60,214 nt of DNA from Minisyncoccia bacterium. Its GTDB lineage: Bacteria > Patescibacteriota > Minisyncoccia > Phycocordibacterales > CALRBL01. The stretch is from the NCBI GenBank assembly GCA_038230075.1, contig JBBRNV010000002.1, positions 1-60,214 of the forward strand, read 5' to 3'. The notes under the pieces were generated by a model. The model was not told where the DNA came from and did not search any database. It saw only the letters and a program-made list of their open reading frames with translations. A program made the translations under genes and the position numbers. Position 1 is the stretch's first letter. Each line of letters begins with the position of its first letter. Shown in pieces: positions 20,185 through 28,356 of this stretch.

Positions 20185-20454
20185 TTACTTGCTCTTCAAA
20201 TCGAGCTTTTTCATGAGTGATTCGTATCGTGAAGGACTCTTTTTCTTTAAGTACTTCATGTGTGTCTGTCGATCAGCAACAAGCTGAAGCAAACCTCGTC
20301 GAGAGTGATTGTCTTTGTGGTTCTTTTTGAGGTGTTTAGCTAGTTCATCGATTCGTTTAGTCAAAACAGCAATCTGAACATCGGCTGAACCGGTGTCTAA
20401 ATCGTGAGTACGAGTTTCTTTGATAATCTTTGCTTTCTTGGTTTTCGTTAGCAT
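20185..20454 (-). CDS. rpsO: 30S ribosomal protein S15 (start 20454 or 20463)
   Basis: DTGSADVQIAVLT, HKDNHSRRGLLQLV. Confidence 0.97.
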   Translation of the reverse strand: MLTKTKKAKIIKETRTHDLDTGSADVQIAVLTKRIDELAKHLKKNHKDNHSRRGLLQLVADRQTHMKYLKKKSPSRYESLMKKLDLKSK

Positions 20455-20545
20455 GTTGGGCATAGAATATCATGAAAGGTCATTTTTTGCAATCCCCCCT
20501 TTGTTAAGGCCTTTATTCTTGGTTTTGGTATACTTATATAAATAA

Positions 20546-21544
20546 ATGAAACTAGATCAAGGAAAAGAGAACGAAAATAAAGAGGATAAAAAAGAAAGAG
20601 CCCAAAGAGCCCAAAGAGCTCAGAAAACTCGATTATACGTCTTGAAACAAGAGTTTCTAGAGCATGTTGAGATTGAAAAAGGAAGAAGTATCAAGACAGT
20701 TGAGAATTATGACCATTATCTAAGCCGTTTTTTAGAAAATACGGGAGTTAAAGACCCTGAAGACATAACTGATGATATCTTAAGACATTATAGATTATGG
20801 CTCAACAGACAACCCTCACCGTCTGGAACACTTAAAAAACGAACCCAGAACTACCATTTGATAGCCCTTCGATCATTCCTTAAATATTTAGCAAAAAGAA
20901 GAATAACGAGTCTGGTGCCTGATCAAATAGAGTTAGCCAAAGTTCCAGAGCGATCAATCGATCTCATCTCTCGTGCAGAACTCGATCGCCTGTTTCATGC
21001 CCCAAAAAGCGAAGAAAATATTGAAAAAAGGTTGAGAGATATAGCAATTCTCGAAGTTTTCTTTTCTACAGGTCTTCGAGTTTCAGAGCTTTGCTCACTC
21101 GATAGAGATCTCGATATTATGAAAGATGAGTTTTCAATACGTGGAAAAGGTGAAAAAGTCAGAGTGGTATTTTTGTCTGCGACAGCAAAAAAGTCGATAA
21201 AAGACTATTTGGAAGTTAGAAAGGACATGGAAGATGCCATGTTTGTGCAGGCTAGAACGTCAAAGTCAGATATTGCAGCTAAAAGGACACGACTCACCTC
21301 TCGTTCTGTTGAAAGAATCATAAAATACTACGCAGTTAAGGCTGGCATATCGAAAAAAGTCACTCCTCATGTTATAAGACACAGCTTCGCAACAGATTTG
21401 CTCGCAAACGGTGCAGATTTGCGCTCAGTTCAAATGCTTCTAGGACATGCCAACATCACCACCACTCAGATCTATACTCACGTCACAGACCAGCACCTTA
21501 AAGAGATTCACAAAAACTATCACAACAAAGGTTCAAAGCACTAA
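20546..21544 (+). CDS. xerC: XerC/XerD-type tyrosine recombinase
   Basis: TGLRVSEL, GKGEKVR, HVIRHSFAT, LGHANITTTQIYTH catalytic set. Confidence 0.88.
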   Translation: MKLDQGKENENKEDKKERAQRAQRAQKTRLYVLKQEFLEHVEIEKGRSIKTVENYDHYLSRFLENTGVKDPEDITDDILRHYRLWLNRQPSPSGTLKKRTQNYHLIALRSFLKYLAKRRITSLVPDQIELAKVPERSIDLISRAELDRLFHAPKSEENIEKRLRDIAILEVFFSTGLRVSELCSLDRDLDIMKDEFSIRGKGEKVRVVFLSATAKKSIKDYLEVRKDMEDAMFVQARTSKSDIAAKRTRLTSRSVERIIKYYAVKAGISKKVTPHVIRHSFATDLLANGADLRSVQMLLGHANITTTQIYTHVTDQHLKEIHKNYHNKGSKH

Positions 21545-21578
21545 GTTTGAATAATTGTTTCATGATAAACTGTTATTC

Positions 21579-22355
21579 ATGAAACTCATCTCATGGAATG
21601 TAAATGGAGTACGCGCCTGGCACAAAAAAGGTTGTTTAGATTGGTTTTTATCTGAAAAGCCTGATTTTTTCTGCATTCAAGAAACAAAAGCTCACTCTGA
21701 TCAAATACCGTTGGAATTAAAGGAAGCAAGGGGTTATTTCTCGTATTTTGATCACTCTAAAGGAAGAAAGGGTTACAGTGGAGTTGGTGTTATCACTAAA
21801 CATAAGCCGCTAAAGGTTTTAGATGGACTGGGTGTGCTTGAGTTAGATCAAGAAGGCAGATTTCTAGCCCTTTTTTACGAAAAATGTATTGTTATTAATA
21901 CATATTTTCCGAATGGAGGTGGAGGACCAATTAGATTGGAATATAAACTCAAATATTATGATGCATTTTTGAAGTTTCTTGAAAAACATAAGAAGCAAGG
22001 GTATTCAATCATCTTTTGTGGTGATGTTAATACAGCACACGCTGAGATCGACCTTGCTCGACCTAAGGAAAATGCTGAAAACACAGGATTTCTCCCAATA
22101 GAGAGAGCATGGATAGATAAAGTTGTTTCAAAGGGATACATAGATACATTTAGAAATTTGCATCCCCAACAAGTAGGAGCTTACTCTTATTGGGACATGA
22201 AGACATTTGCGAGAGAAAGAAATGTTGGTTGGAGAATAGACTATTTCTTTATTACAGAGGATTTAAAAAAGAATTTAAAAGACTCTTTTATTCTTGCAGA
22301 TACATACGGATCTGATCACTGTCCTATAGGTATAAAGATAGATATTGTCTTATAG
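21579..22355 (+). CDS. xth: Exodeoxyribonuclease III
   Basis: MKLISWNVNG, IQETK, GYSGV, GDVNTAH, WRIDY, SDHCP. Confidence 0.96.
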   Translation: MKLISWNVNGVRAWHKKGCLDWFLSEKPDFFCIQETKAHSDQIPLELKEARGYFSYFDHSKGRKGYSGVGVITKHKPLKVLDGLGVLELDQEGRFLALFYEKCIVINTYFPNGGGGPIRLEYKLKYYDAFLKFLEKHKKQGYSIIFCGDVNTAHAEIDLARPKENAENTGFLPIERAWIDKVVSKGYIDTFRNLHPQQVGAYSYWDMKTFARERNVGWRIDYFFITEDLKKNLKDSFILADTYGSDHCPIGIKIDIVL

Positions 22356-22362
22356 AAAAGAG

Positions 22363-22371
22363 TTATCCACA
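22363..22371 (+). promoter_or_regulatory. DnaA box
   Basis: Exact TTATCCACA, intergenic. Confidence 0.55.
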
Positions 22372-22381
22372 TGTATGTCCT

Positions 22382-22567
22382 TTACATGTCTTTTAAGAAG
22401 CATATAATAACAAACAGATAAAAGTTATATCTGAATTGTGCCCTCAGATAAAACATAATTGTTGTTTGTTTAATTAAATAGACTCGATAAGAATAGTGGT
22501 GCGCTTTAGGAGCCTCCGCGAAAGCGACTAAAAAACCCAATATTTTAGGCCCCTTCGCAATAGACAT
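22382..22567 (-). CDS. Possible small hypothetical protein
   Basis: MSIAKGPKILGFLVAFAEAPKAHHYSYRVYLIKQT...; fills an otherwise empty gap downstream of cca. Confidence 0.35.
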   Translation of the reverse strand: MSIAKGPKILGFLVAFAEAPKAHHYSYRVYLIKQTTIMFYLRAQFRYNFYLFVIICFLKDM

Positions 22568-22575
22568 TATTCTTT

Positions 22576-22619
22576 GCAAAAAACGCTACCAATTTTTTTA
22601 CAGGTTTGGCGTTTTTTGC
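22576..22619 (-). terminator. Probable intrinsic terminator of cca
   Basis: GCAAAAAACGC ... GCGTTTTTTGC, 11-bp arms, just past the cca stop. Confidence 0.5.
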
Positions 22620-22632
22620 GTTTTAAGGACAC

Positions 22633-24138
22633 CTATTGAACTCCGTGCTTCTTTTTAATATCACTGATACTTCCCTGCTCAACTTCATCTTTCGCCTCTT
22701 TTCCCTTTTCACCAAGTATTTTAAGCTCTATTTCTGTGAGTTCTTTTAATTCCAATACCCTTTTTTCAAGATAGTTAACCTCATTTTTTTTAGGCTCCTC
22801 AAGCACTTCTTCAAGTAAGGTGTGCAAAATATACCCAATTTTCGGACCTCCAGTTATTCCCACATGTTTCATTACACTATTTCCGTCAATTTTAAGCATT
22901 GATACACTGATTGGATCTCGCAATGCTTCTTCTATCATTGATCGATATTTCCTTAGTCTATAAGGGTTTTCTTTAGGTCTGCCGGTTCCAATTCTGTCAC
23001 AAACTCGTAAATCCATGAGGTCCCATATAAGTTCCTTTCCAACGTTAACTATGAGTCGTCTTACTGCTGAGAGTGTTATTGTTTCAGTATCAGAGAAAAA
23101 CATGTGCCATCTGACCAGTTTCACCACAGTTTCTATTGTTTTTTTTGGGAACTTAAGGTTTTCAAGTATATTTTTAGCCATTCTCGCTCCGATAACCTCG
23201 TGACCATAGAACGTCCAATCCCCTTTTTCGTGTGATTTTCTACGACTTTCTGGTTTACCAATGTCGTGCAATAAGGCCGCAAGGCGTATGTGTTCAGGCC
23301 ATTTTTTGTCAGCTGCATGTTGTAAACTTCGTACTAGGTGTTCGAAAACATCGAAACTATGAGCTTGATTTTGTTCGATTCCAACAGCCTCGGTTAGTTC
23401 AGGAATTATATGCTTTAAAACATTGGTTTTTTGAGCAAGGTAAAGTCCTTTTAAGGGTTCATCAGAATTTATAAGCTTTATAAATTCATCTCTTATTCTT
23501 TCACGTGAAATCTTTGTAATCAGTGTTTCATGATTAACAATTGATTCTAGTGTCTCAACGTTAATCATGAAACTAAGCTGTGCAGATAGACGAATGGCTC
23601 TAAGTATACGCAGTGCGTCTTCTTGGAATCGCAAGTCTGGATTTCCAACTGCTTTAATTGTTGAATTTTTGAGATCTGTGAGGCCATCAAATAAATCTAC
23701 GAATTCAGTATCTGAAAGTGCTAGGGAATTAATAGTGAAATCTCGGCGTGCTAAATCTTCTTCAATTGAGTCAGAAAAATCAACAATATCAGGGTGTCGG
23801 TGATCTGAATAGCCAGATTCCTTTCTAAATGGAGTAATCTCAACAGTTTTTAGTGTTTCATCAGAAACATTGTCGATTACAACTCCGACTGTGCCAAACT
23901 TATTTTCGTAGAAAGTGTTGGTAAATAAGGACATTATTTGTTCTGGGGTAGCATTTGTGGTTATATCCCAGTCTTTTGGTTTCTTGTGTAACATAAGGTC
24001 TCTCACACAACCACCAACAATATAGGCTTTATAACCTTGTTTCGTTAACGTTTTTAACGTATCTAGTATTTCCTTTGGAATTTCAGAGACGAGCTTAGAA
24101 ACTAGGGAAGTGCGGTCTATAGTTATTTTATCCTTCAT
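22633..24138 (-). CDS. cca: CCA-adding tRNA nucleotidyltransferase with HD domain
   Basis: YIVGGCVRD, KDWDITT, RRDFTIN, EDALRILRAIR, LLHDIGKP. Confidence 0.93.
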   Translation of the reverse strand: MKDKITIDRTSLVSKLVSEIPKEILDTLKTLTKQGYKAYIVGGCVRDLMLHKKPKDWDITTNATPEQIMSLFTNTFYENKFGTVGVVIDNVSDETLKTVEITPFRKESGYSDHRHPDIVDFSDSIEEDLARRDFTINSLALSDTEFVDLFDGLTDLKNSTIKAVGNPDLRFQEDALRILRAIRLSAQLSFMINVETLESIVNHETLITKISRERIRDEFIKLINSDEPLKGLYLAQKTNVLKHIIPELTEAVGIEQNQAHSFDVFEHLVRSLQHAADKKWPEHIRLAALLHDIGKPESRRKSHEKGDWTFYGHEVIGARMAKNILENLKFPKKTIETVVKLVRWHMFFSDTETITLSAVRRLIVNVGKELIWDLMDLRVCDRIGTGRPKENPYRLRKYRSMIEEALRDPISVSMLKIDGNSVMKHVGITGGPKIGYILHTLLEEVLEEPKKNEVNYLEKRVLELKELTEIELKILGEKGKEAKDEVEQGSISDIKKKHGVQ

Positions 24139-24197
24139 CGTATAAAGTGTATTATAGATTTTGAACTATAGCTATTATAGGATATGATAAATTAACT

Positions 24198-24272
24198 GCA
24201 CTCGTGGTGAAATGGATATCACAACAGTCTTCGGAACTGTTTTTGTAGGTTCGAATCCTGCCGAGTGCACCA
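24198..24272 (+). tRNA. tRNA-Arg(UCG), CCA encoded
   Basis: GCACTCG/CGAGTGC acceptor; ACAGT-CTTCGGA-ACTGT; TTCGAAT; ends A-CCA. Confidence 0.95.
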
Positions 24273-24273
24273 T

Positions 24274-24344
24274 GCGGGATTGGTTTAGTGGTAGAATGAC
24301 TGCCTTCCAAGCAGTAGACAAGGGTTCGATTCCCTTATCCCGCA
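24274..24344 (+). tRNA. tRNA-Gly(UCC)
   Basis: GCGGGAT/ATCCCGC; ACTGC-CTTCCAA-GCAGT; TTCGATT; discriminator A; no CCA. Confidence 0.95.
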
Positions 24345-24474
24345 CAAATAGTAAGTTTCCCAGCCATAACACACGTCATTCATAAAGCTTTTTGATGTTT
24401 ACTTGTTTTCTCTATAAAATAGGCCATTTTATTAAGGACTTCCATATTTTGTTCTAAGACTAATTAGAGACAAC

Positions 24475-24503
24475 TGTGGATAACTATGGGGACATGTGTA
24501 TAA
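24475..24503 (-). promoter_or_regulatory. Two tandem DnaA-box matches
   Basis: TGTGGATAA (24475-24483) and TGTGTATAA (24495-24503), starts 20 bp apart, in an AT-rich 300-bp gap. Confidence 0.55.
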
Positions 24504-24653
24504 AGGACAATGTTTACTCAAAGCTATTTTGTTTAAAAATAAGGCTTTTCTAGAAAATGGTTACTTATTGAGTAGTCCTTAATGAGTTTTCTCTTTATTT
24601 CTAGTTTATTAAATCTTAATTGTTGGTTTATAAGACGTTGATAGGTTGGATCT

Positions 24654-25058
24654 ATGAAAAGCATAGAAGAAAAACAGAAATATCTACGTTTAGGAAAAAA
24701 GGGGGAAGAGGTGGCACAAAAATATTTACATAGTGTTGGATACATAACCATTGAAACAAACTATAGAAAAAAGTGCGGTGAAATTGATATTATTAGCCAC
24801 AGAGAGGGAATTATCACCTTCTTTGAAGTAAAAACTGTGTCTAGGAAAAATATTGTTGAACATTGCTTCGGTTCCTACTATAGGCCAGAAGATAACGTTC
24901 ATATTCAAAAACAAAAAAGATTGCGAAAAACAATTCAGTTGTATATTTCAGAAAAAGGCATTATGCACACTGAGTGGCAATTCGACCTTATTAATGTTTA
25001 CTATTTTTCAGAAAGGAGGGTCTTTAGAGTTGAACATATTCGAAATATTGTCTTGTAA
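24654..25058 (+). CDS. yraN: YraN/UPF0102-family PD-(D/E)XK nuclease-like protein
   Basis: LGKKGEEVAQKYL, NYRKKCGEIDII, FFEVKT, QFDLI. Confidence 0.9.
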   Translation: MKSIEEKQKYLRLGKKGEEVAQKYLHSVGYITIETNYRKKCGEIDIISHREGIITFFEVKTVSRKNIVEHCFGSYYRPEDNVHIQKQKRLRKTIQLYISEKGIMHTEWQFDLINVYYFSERRVFRVEHIRNIVL

Positions 25059-25100
25059 TTTATGGCTTTTTATTCAAATTATGCTATGCTCTTTCTGTAA

Positions 25101-25173
25101 CGGAGTGTGGTGTAACGGTTAACATTCTTGATTTGGGATCAAGTGACTCCGGGTTCGAATCCCGGCACTCCGA
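25101..25173 (+). tRNA. tRNA-Pro(UGG)
   Basis: CGGAGTG/CACTCCG; CTTGA-TTTGGGA-TCAAG; TTCGAAT. Confidence 0.93.
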
Positions 25174-25218
25174 CACGTATTTTCGCTCTAAGATTAGTTT
25201 TTGTAGATTTTTTCTAGC

Positions 25219-25533
25219 ATGTCTCCCTCGTTTAAAAAAAATAAAGAAGATTTTATTTGTGGACATTGTGCCACTGCAGTTGTTGGTAATGGATATACAA
25301 ATCACTGTCCACATTGCCTCTGGAGTAAACATGTTGATATTGTGCCAGGAGATAGAAAAGAAGATTGCCATGGCCTTATGGAGCCAATTAGGTATGAAAA
25401 AATAGGGGATACAGAGCGAATTGTTTTACAGTGCCAGAAATGTGGCTTTGAAAAAGCTAATAAACTTTCACCAGAAGATAATAGAGAAGAATTGTTTTCA
25501 ATTGCTAGAAAGATCGCTGAAAGGGGATATTAG
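25219..25533 (+). CDS. RNHCP-domain zinc-binding protein
   Basis: FICGHC, YTNHCPHCLWSKHVD, PGDR..DCHGLMEP, CQKCG. Confidence 0.9.
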   Translation: MSPSFKKNKEDFICGHCATAVVGNGYTNHCPHCLWSKHVDIVPGDRKEDCHGLMEPIRYEKIGDTERIVLQCQKCGFEKANKLSPEDNREELFSIARKIAERGY

Positions 25534-25592
25534 TAAGAATATTCGTTGTTTTTGAGTCTACATTCTGTTACGATGATCTCATTCAAATAAAT

Positions 25593-25663
25593 GCGGGTAT
25601 GGTTTAGTGGTAGAATGCGTCCTTGCCAAGGACGAGACGGGAGTTCGATTCTCCCTACCCGCA
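25593..25663 (+). tRNA. tRNA-Gly(GCC)
   Basis: GCGGGTA/TACCCGC; CGTCC-TTGCCAA-GGACG; TTCGATT; discriminator A; no CCA. Confidence 0.95.
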
Positions 25664-25674
25664 CTAGGAACGAA

Positions 25675-25702
25675 TGTCTTCAAAAATTTGTTTTTGAAGA
25701 CA
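25675..25702. terminator. Hairpin after tRNA-Gly(GCC)
   Basis: TGTCTTCAAAAA-tttg-TTTTTGAAGACA. Confidence 0.55.
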
Positions 25703-25781
25703 GAGTGACAACGTACAAGGAGGCTCTGCTTACCCGGCATCAAGGTTAGAAGAATCACACGCTTTTTTGTTATTTGCGGTT

Positions 25782-26576
25782 TTACGTCTGGTCTGCACCC
25801 TTCCACGACAATTCAAAAATCAATTTCATCATATTATAAATAGTCTCATCTTCAATAATAAGGCCAGTTAAATGCTCTTTGTTGAGGTTTACGATAGAAA
25901 CTCTATTTTCTCGGTAGATGGTGATCTCGCCTTTGAAAGGAAGATGGGAAGTCGATACAATTTTTGTGACAGGAATCACTTCTTTCTTAAATCCTTCATA
26001 CATTCGGTCAATAAATGTAGTGTTTTTTTCGGAATCAGTCATTATTCCTCTTGTTGTAATGCCAATTTTCTCTTTTTTACGTCTATATTTGTCAAAAAAC
26101 ATGATTGGAAAGATATTCTCAAGCTCTGTTGCGTTTGCAATAGCCAACATTTCATATTTCTTGTTTGTCATCACATGATCTTCATATATCGACAGAATTC
26201 CATGAATTCCTTCAAAATAAGAGATTTTCGGCTTATTTGCGAAAAGTGAGTACAAACCTTCAAATTCAGGAAGAATTCTCTCAACTTTCTCAAGATGGTC
26301 ACTTGCTATGGTCACTTGGTCTTTTGCATACCTAAGGAGTCGGTCAGGTTTCTCTACTTGATAGTAAATCTTGTTTCTCTTTTTTATTTCATTAACCAAC
26401 CCTTTGATTGATAGGTCAAGAAGAATCTTGTAAACAGTTGTTCGATTGAGCTTAGATTCCGTGGCAATTTTAGATGGAAATGCACCCCCCAATTTTATGA
26501 GAATTGAATAGACGATAGACTCCTTTTCAGACAGTCCAATCTTCTCAAAAGTCGCTGGAAGGTTCTCAATATTCAT
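25782..26576 (-). CDS. TrmB-family transcriptional regulator
   Basis: IGLSEKESIVYSILI wHTH, LNRTTVYKIL..L..KGLV, KISYFEG, MKLIFELSW. Confidence 0.88.
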   Translation of the reverse strand: MNIENLPATFEKIGLSEKESIVYSILIKLGGAFPSKIATESKLNRTTVYKILLDLSIKGLVNEIKKRNKIYYQVEKPDRLLRYAKDQVTIASDHLEKVERILPEFEGLYSLFANKPKISYFEGIHGILSIYEDHVMTNKKYEMLAIANATELENIFPIMFFDKYRRKKEKIGITTRGIMTDSEKNTTFIDRMYEGFKKEVIPVTKIVSTSHLPFKGEITIYRENRVSIVNLNKEHLTGLIIEDETIYNMMKLIFELSWKGADQT

Positions 26577-26751
26577 GTATTAGTAAGTATAATTCGCAAG
26601 CAAAATAGTGTCAATATAAACCGACAAAATATAAATTGTAGATAAATAATGATATAAACAAGCCTCATTAGACAATTTAATGTCAATTACTATAAACAAA
26701 AGATAAATACGTGGTATAATATTGTCATCACTAACAAATAATTAATACATT

Positions 26752-27864
26752 ATGAATACAAAATTAAAAATAACAGTGGGTCTCTTGATACTGATCTTGA
26801 TCGCCCTTGGATTCACCCATTTTGCTGCAAAAAAGCAAAGCGGAGATAAGCCAACAGTAACCATCGGCATAACGCTTCCATTGACTGGAGATGTTGCGAT
26901 GCTCGGTCAAAGTAATAAGAAAGCGATTGAACTTGCATACTCAAAGTTACCCACAAACCTCAAATATGACTACAAACTAGTATTTGAAGACGACCAGTTC
27001 AAGACATCGATTGGTGCAACTGTCGCAAATAAGCTAATTAGCATAGATCATGCCTCTGCACTCATTTCCTTTGGTTCTCCTGTCGGAAATGTGGTCAGTC
27101 CCATTGCTGAAAAAAACAAAATCACTCATATAAATGACTTCGCGTCTGATCCAAATGTAGCAAAAGGGATGTATAACTTCGTTCACTACACCCCAGCGTA
27201 CGAAGATTCAAAGCTTTTTATCTCTGAATTACACAAAAGAGGCTTAAAAAACGTTGTATTCTTTGGTCAACAAGATAATCCTGGAGTTACAGCCATCATT
27301 AACACGTTTCTCGCAGATGCTTCTAAGGATTCAGCCATTTCTGTTCTCTCAACTCAATTATTCAATACAGGAACTCGAGACTTTAGAACACTTATTGAAA
27401 AAACTAAGGGACTTAACGCTGACATTTTTGTCCTTGAGGCGAGTAGTCCTGAACTTGAGACGCTTACCAAACAACTTCGTCAGGCGGGGATACAAACTCC
27501 TGTAACTACCATGGAAGCATTCGAGTTTTCTCCAGAACTATCGCTTTTTGAAGGAAGTTGGTATGTAAATGGTGCAGATCCTACAGATTGGTTCGTTGAT
27601 CTGTACACGCAAACATATAATGAGGCACCTAAATTTGGTGGTGCAAATGGATACGATTCACTTAACCTTCTTGTAAAAGCGACAGAAACAGCAGGGGATG
27701 GTAAGACTGTTCCTTCAAGTACTGATATTGCCCAAGCACTTTCACAGATAAAAAACTTTGACGGAGCCTTGGGAAAGGGTTTAGAGGTTGGATCTGATCA
27801 TTTGGTTGACTCTGGTGCAGTGGTTCGCATGATTAAAGACGGAAAACCAGTCACAATAAAATAG
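26752..27864 (+). CDS. Membrane-anchored LivJ/LivK-like solute-binding protein (orphan)
   Basis: N-terminal TM; IGITLPLTGDVAMLG, LVFEDD, ANGYDSLNLL; no permease or ATPase adjacent. Confidence 0.88.
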   Translation: MNTKLKITVGLLILILIALGFTHFAAKKQSGDKPTVTIGITLPLTGDVAMLGQSNKKAIELAYSKLPTNLKYDYKLVFEDDQFKTSIGATVANKLISIDHASALISFGSPVGNVVSPIAEKNKITHINDFASDPNVAKGMYNFVHYTPAYEDSKLFISELHKRGLKNVVFFGQQDNPGVTAIINTFLADASKDSAISVLSTQLFNTGTRDFRTLIEKTKGLNADIFVLEASSPELETLTKQLRQAGIQTPVTTMEAFEFSPELSLFEGSWYVNGADPTDWFVDLYTQTYNEAPKFGGANGYDSLNLLVKATETAGDGKTVPSSTDIAQALSQIKNFDGALGKGLEVGSDHLVDSGAVVRMIKDGKPVTIK

Positions 27865-27897
27865 TACGGCTGAGTTTCTCGTCAAAATTACATAAAA

Positions 27898-27930
27898 TAG
27901 CAAAAGCCCCGATAAACGGGGCTTTTGCTA
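27898..27930. terminator. Bidirectional intrinsic terminator between convergent genes
   Basis: TAGCAAAAGCCCCG-ataaa-CGGGGCTTTTGCTA. Confidence 0.85.
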
Positions 27931-27958
27931 AAGTGGAAAACGTAACTAACAAACCTAA

Positions 27959-28231
27959 TTACTTCACAGCGTCTTTAAGTGCCTTTGCTGCTCGGAATTT
28001 AGGAACTCGCATAGCTGCAACCTTGATTGATTCACCAGTTCGAGGATTTCGAGCTGTTCGAGCTGCTCGCTGCTTTGCAGAGAAGATACCGAGGCCAGCA
28101 ATAGATACTTCCTCACCTCCCTTCAAAGTCTTTACAATTGATTCAATGATAAGGTCAACTACTTGTTCTGCCTGCACCTTAGTACTTCCAAGATGAGCAT
28201 GAACTGCTTCTACAATGTCTGCTTTATTCAT
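27959..28231 (-). CDS. hup: DNA-binding protein HU
   Basis: MNKADIV, VSIAGLGIF, RTARNPRTGE, VPKFRAAKALKDAV. Confidence 0.96.
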   Translation of the reverse strand: MNKADIVEAVHAHLGSTKVQAEQVVDLIIESIVKTLKGGEEVSIAGLGIFSAKQRAARTARNPRTGESIKVAAMRVPKFRAAKALKDAVK

Positions 28232-28356
28232 GAATTTAAAAATTAAATAATTTGTTAATTCGACCGTCAACCCAATACTCTCTAAATATTATATAGTAAG
28301 CCGTTTTTTGTGCAAATCCTTTCACACATCCAAAAAACGTTGTGCAATTTGAATTA

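Noticed and set aside
1-21544. ICE formed by the T4SS-like cluster and the tyrosine recombinase
   Set aside because: Core genes (rsmA, pcrA, rpsO) lie between them; no relaxase or att repeats seen; the recombinase looks like chromosomal Xer
24424-24583. Distant inverted repeats ATTAAGGACT/AGTCCTTAAT and CCATTTT/AAAATGG
   Set aside because: Short, not nested, and plausible by chance in AT-rich DNA
25593-27930. Genomic islet integrated at tRNA-Gly(GCC)
   Set aside because: No duplicated tRNA 3' end at the far boundary and no adjacent integrase
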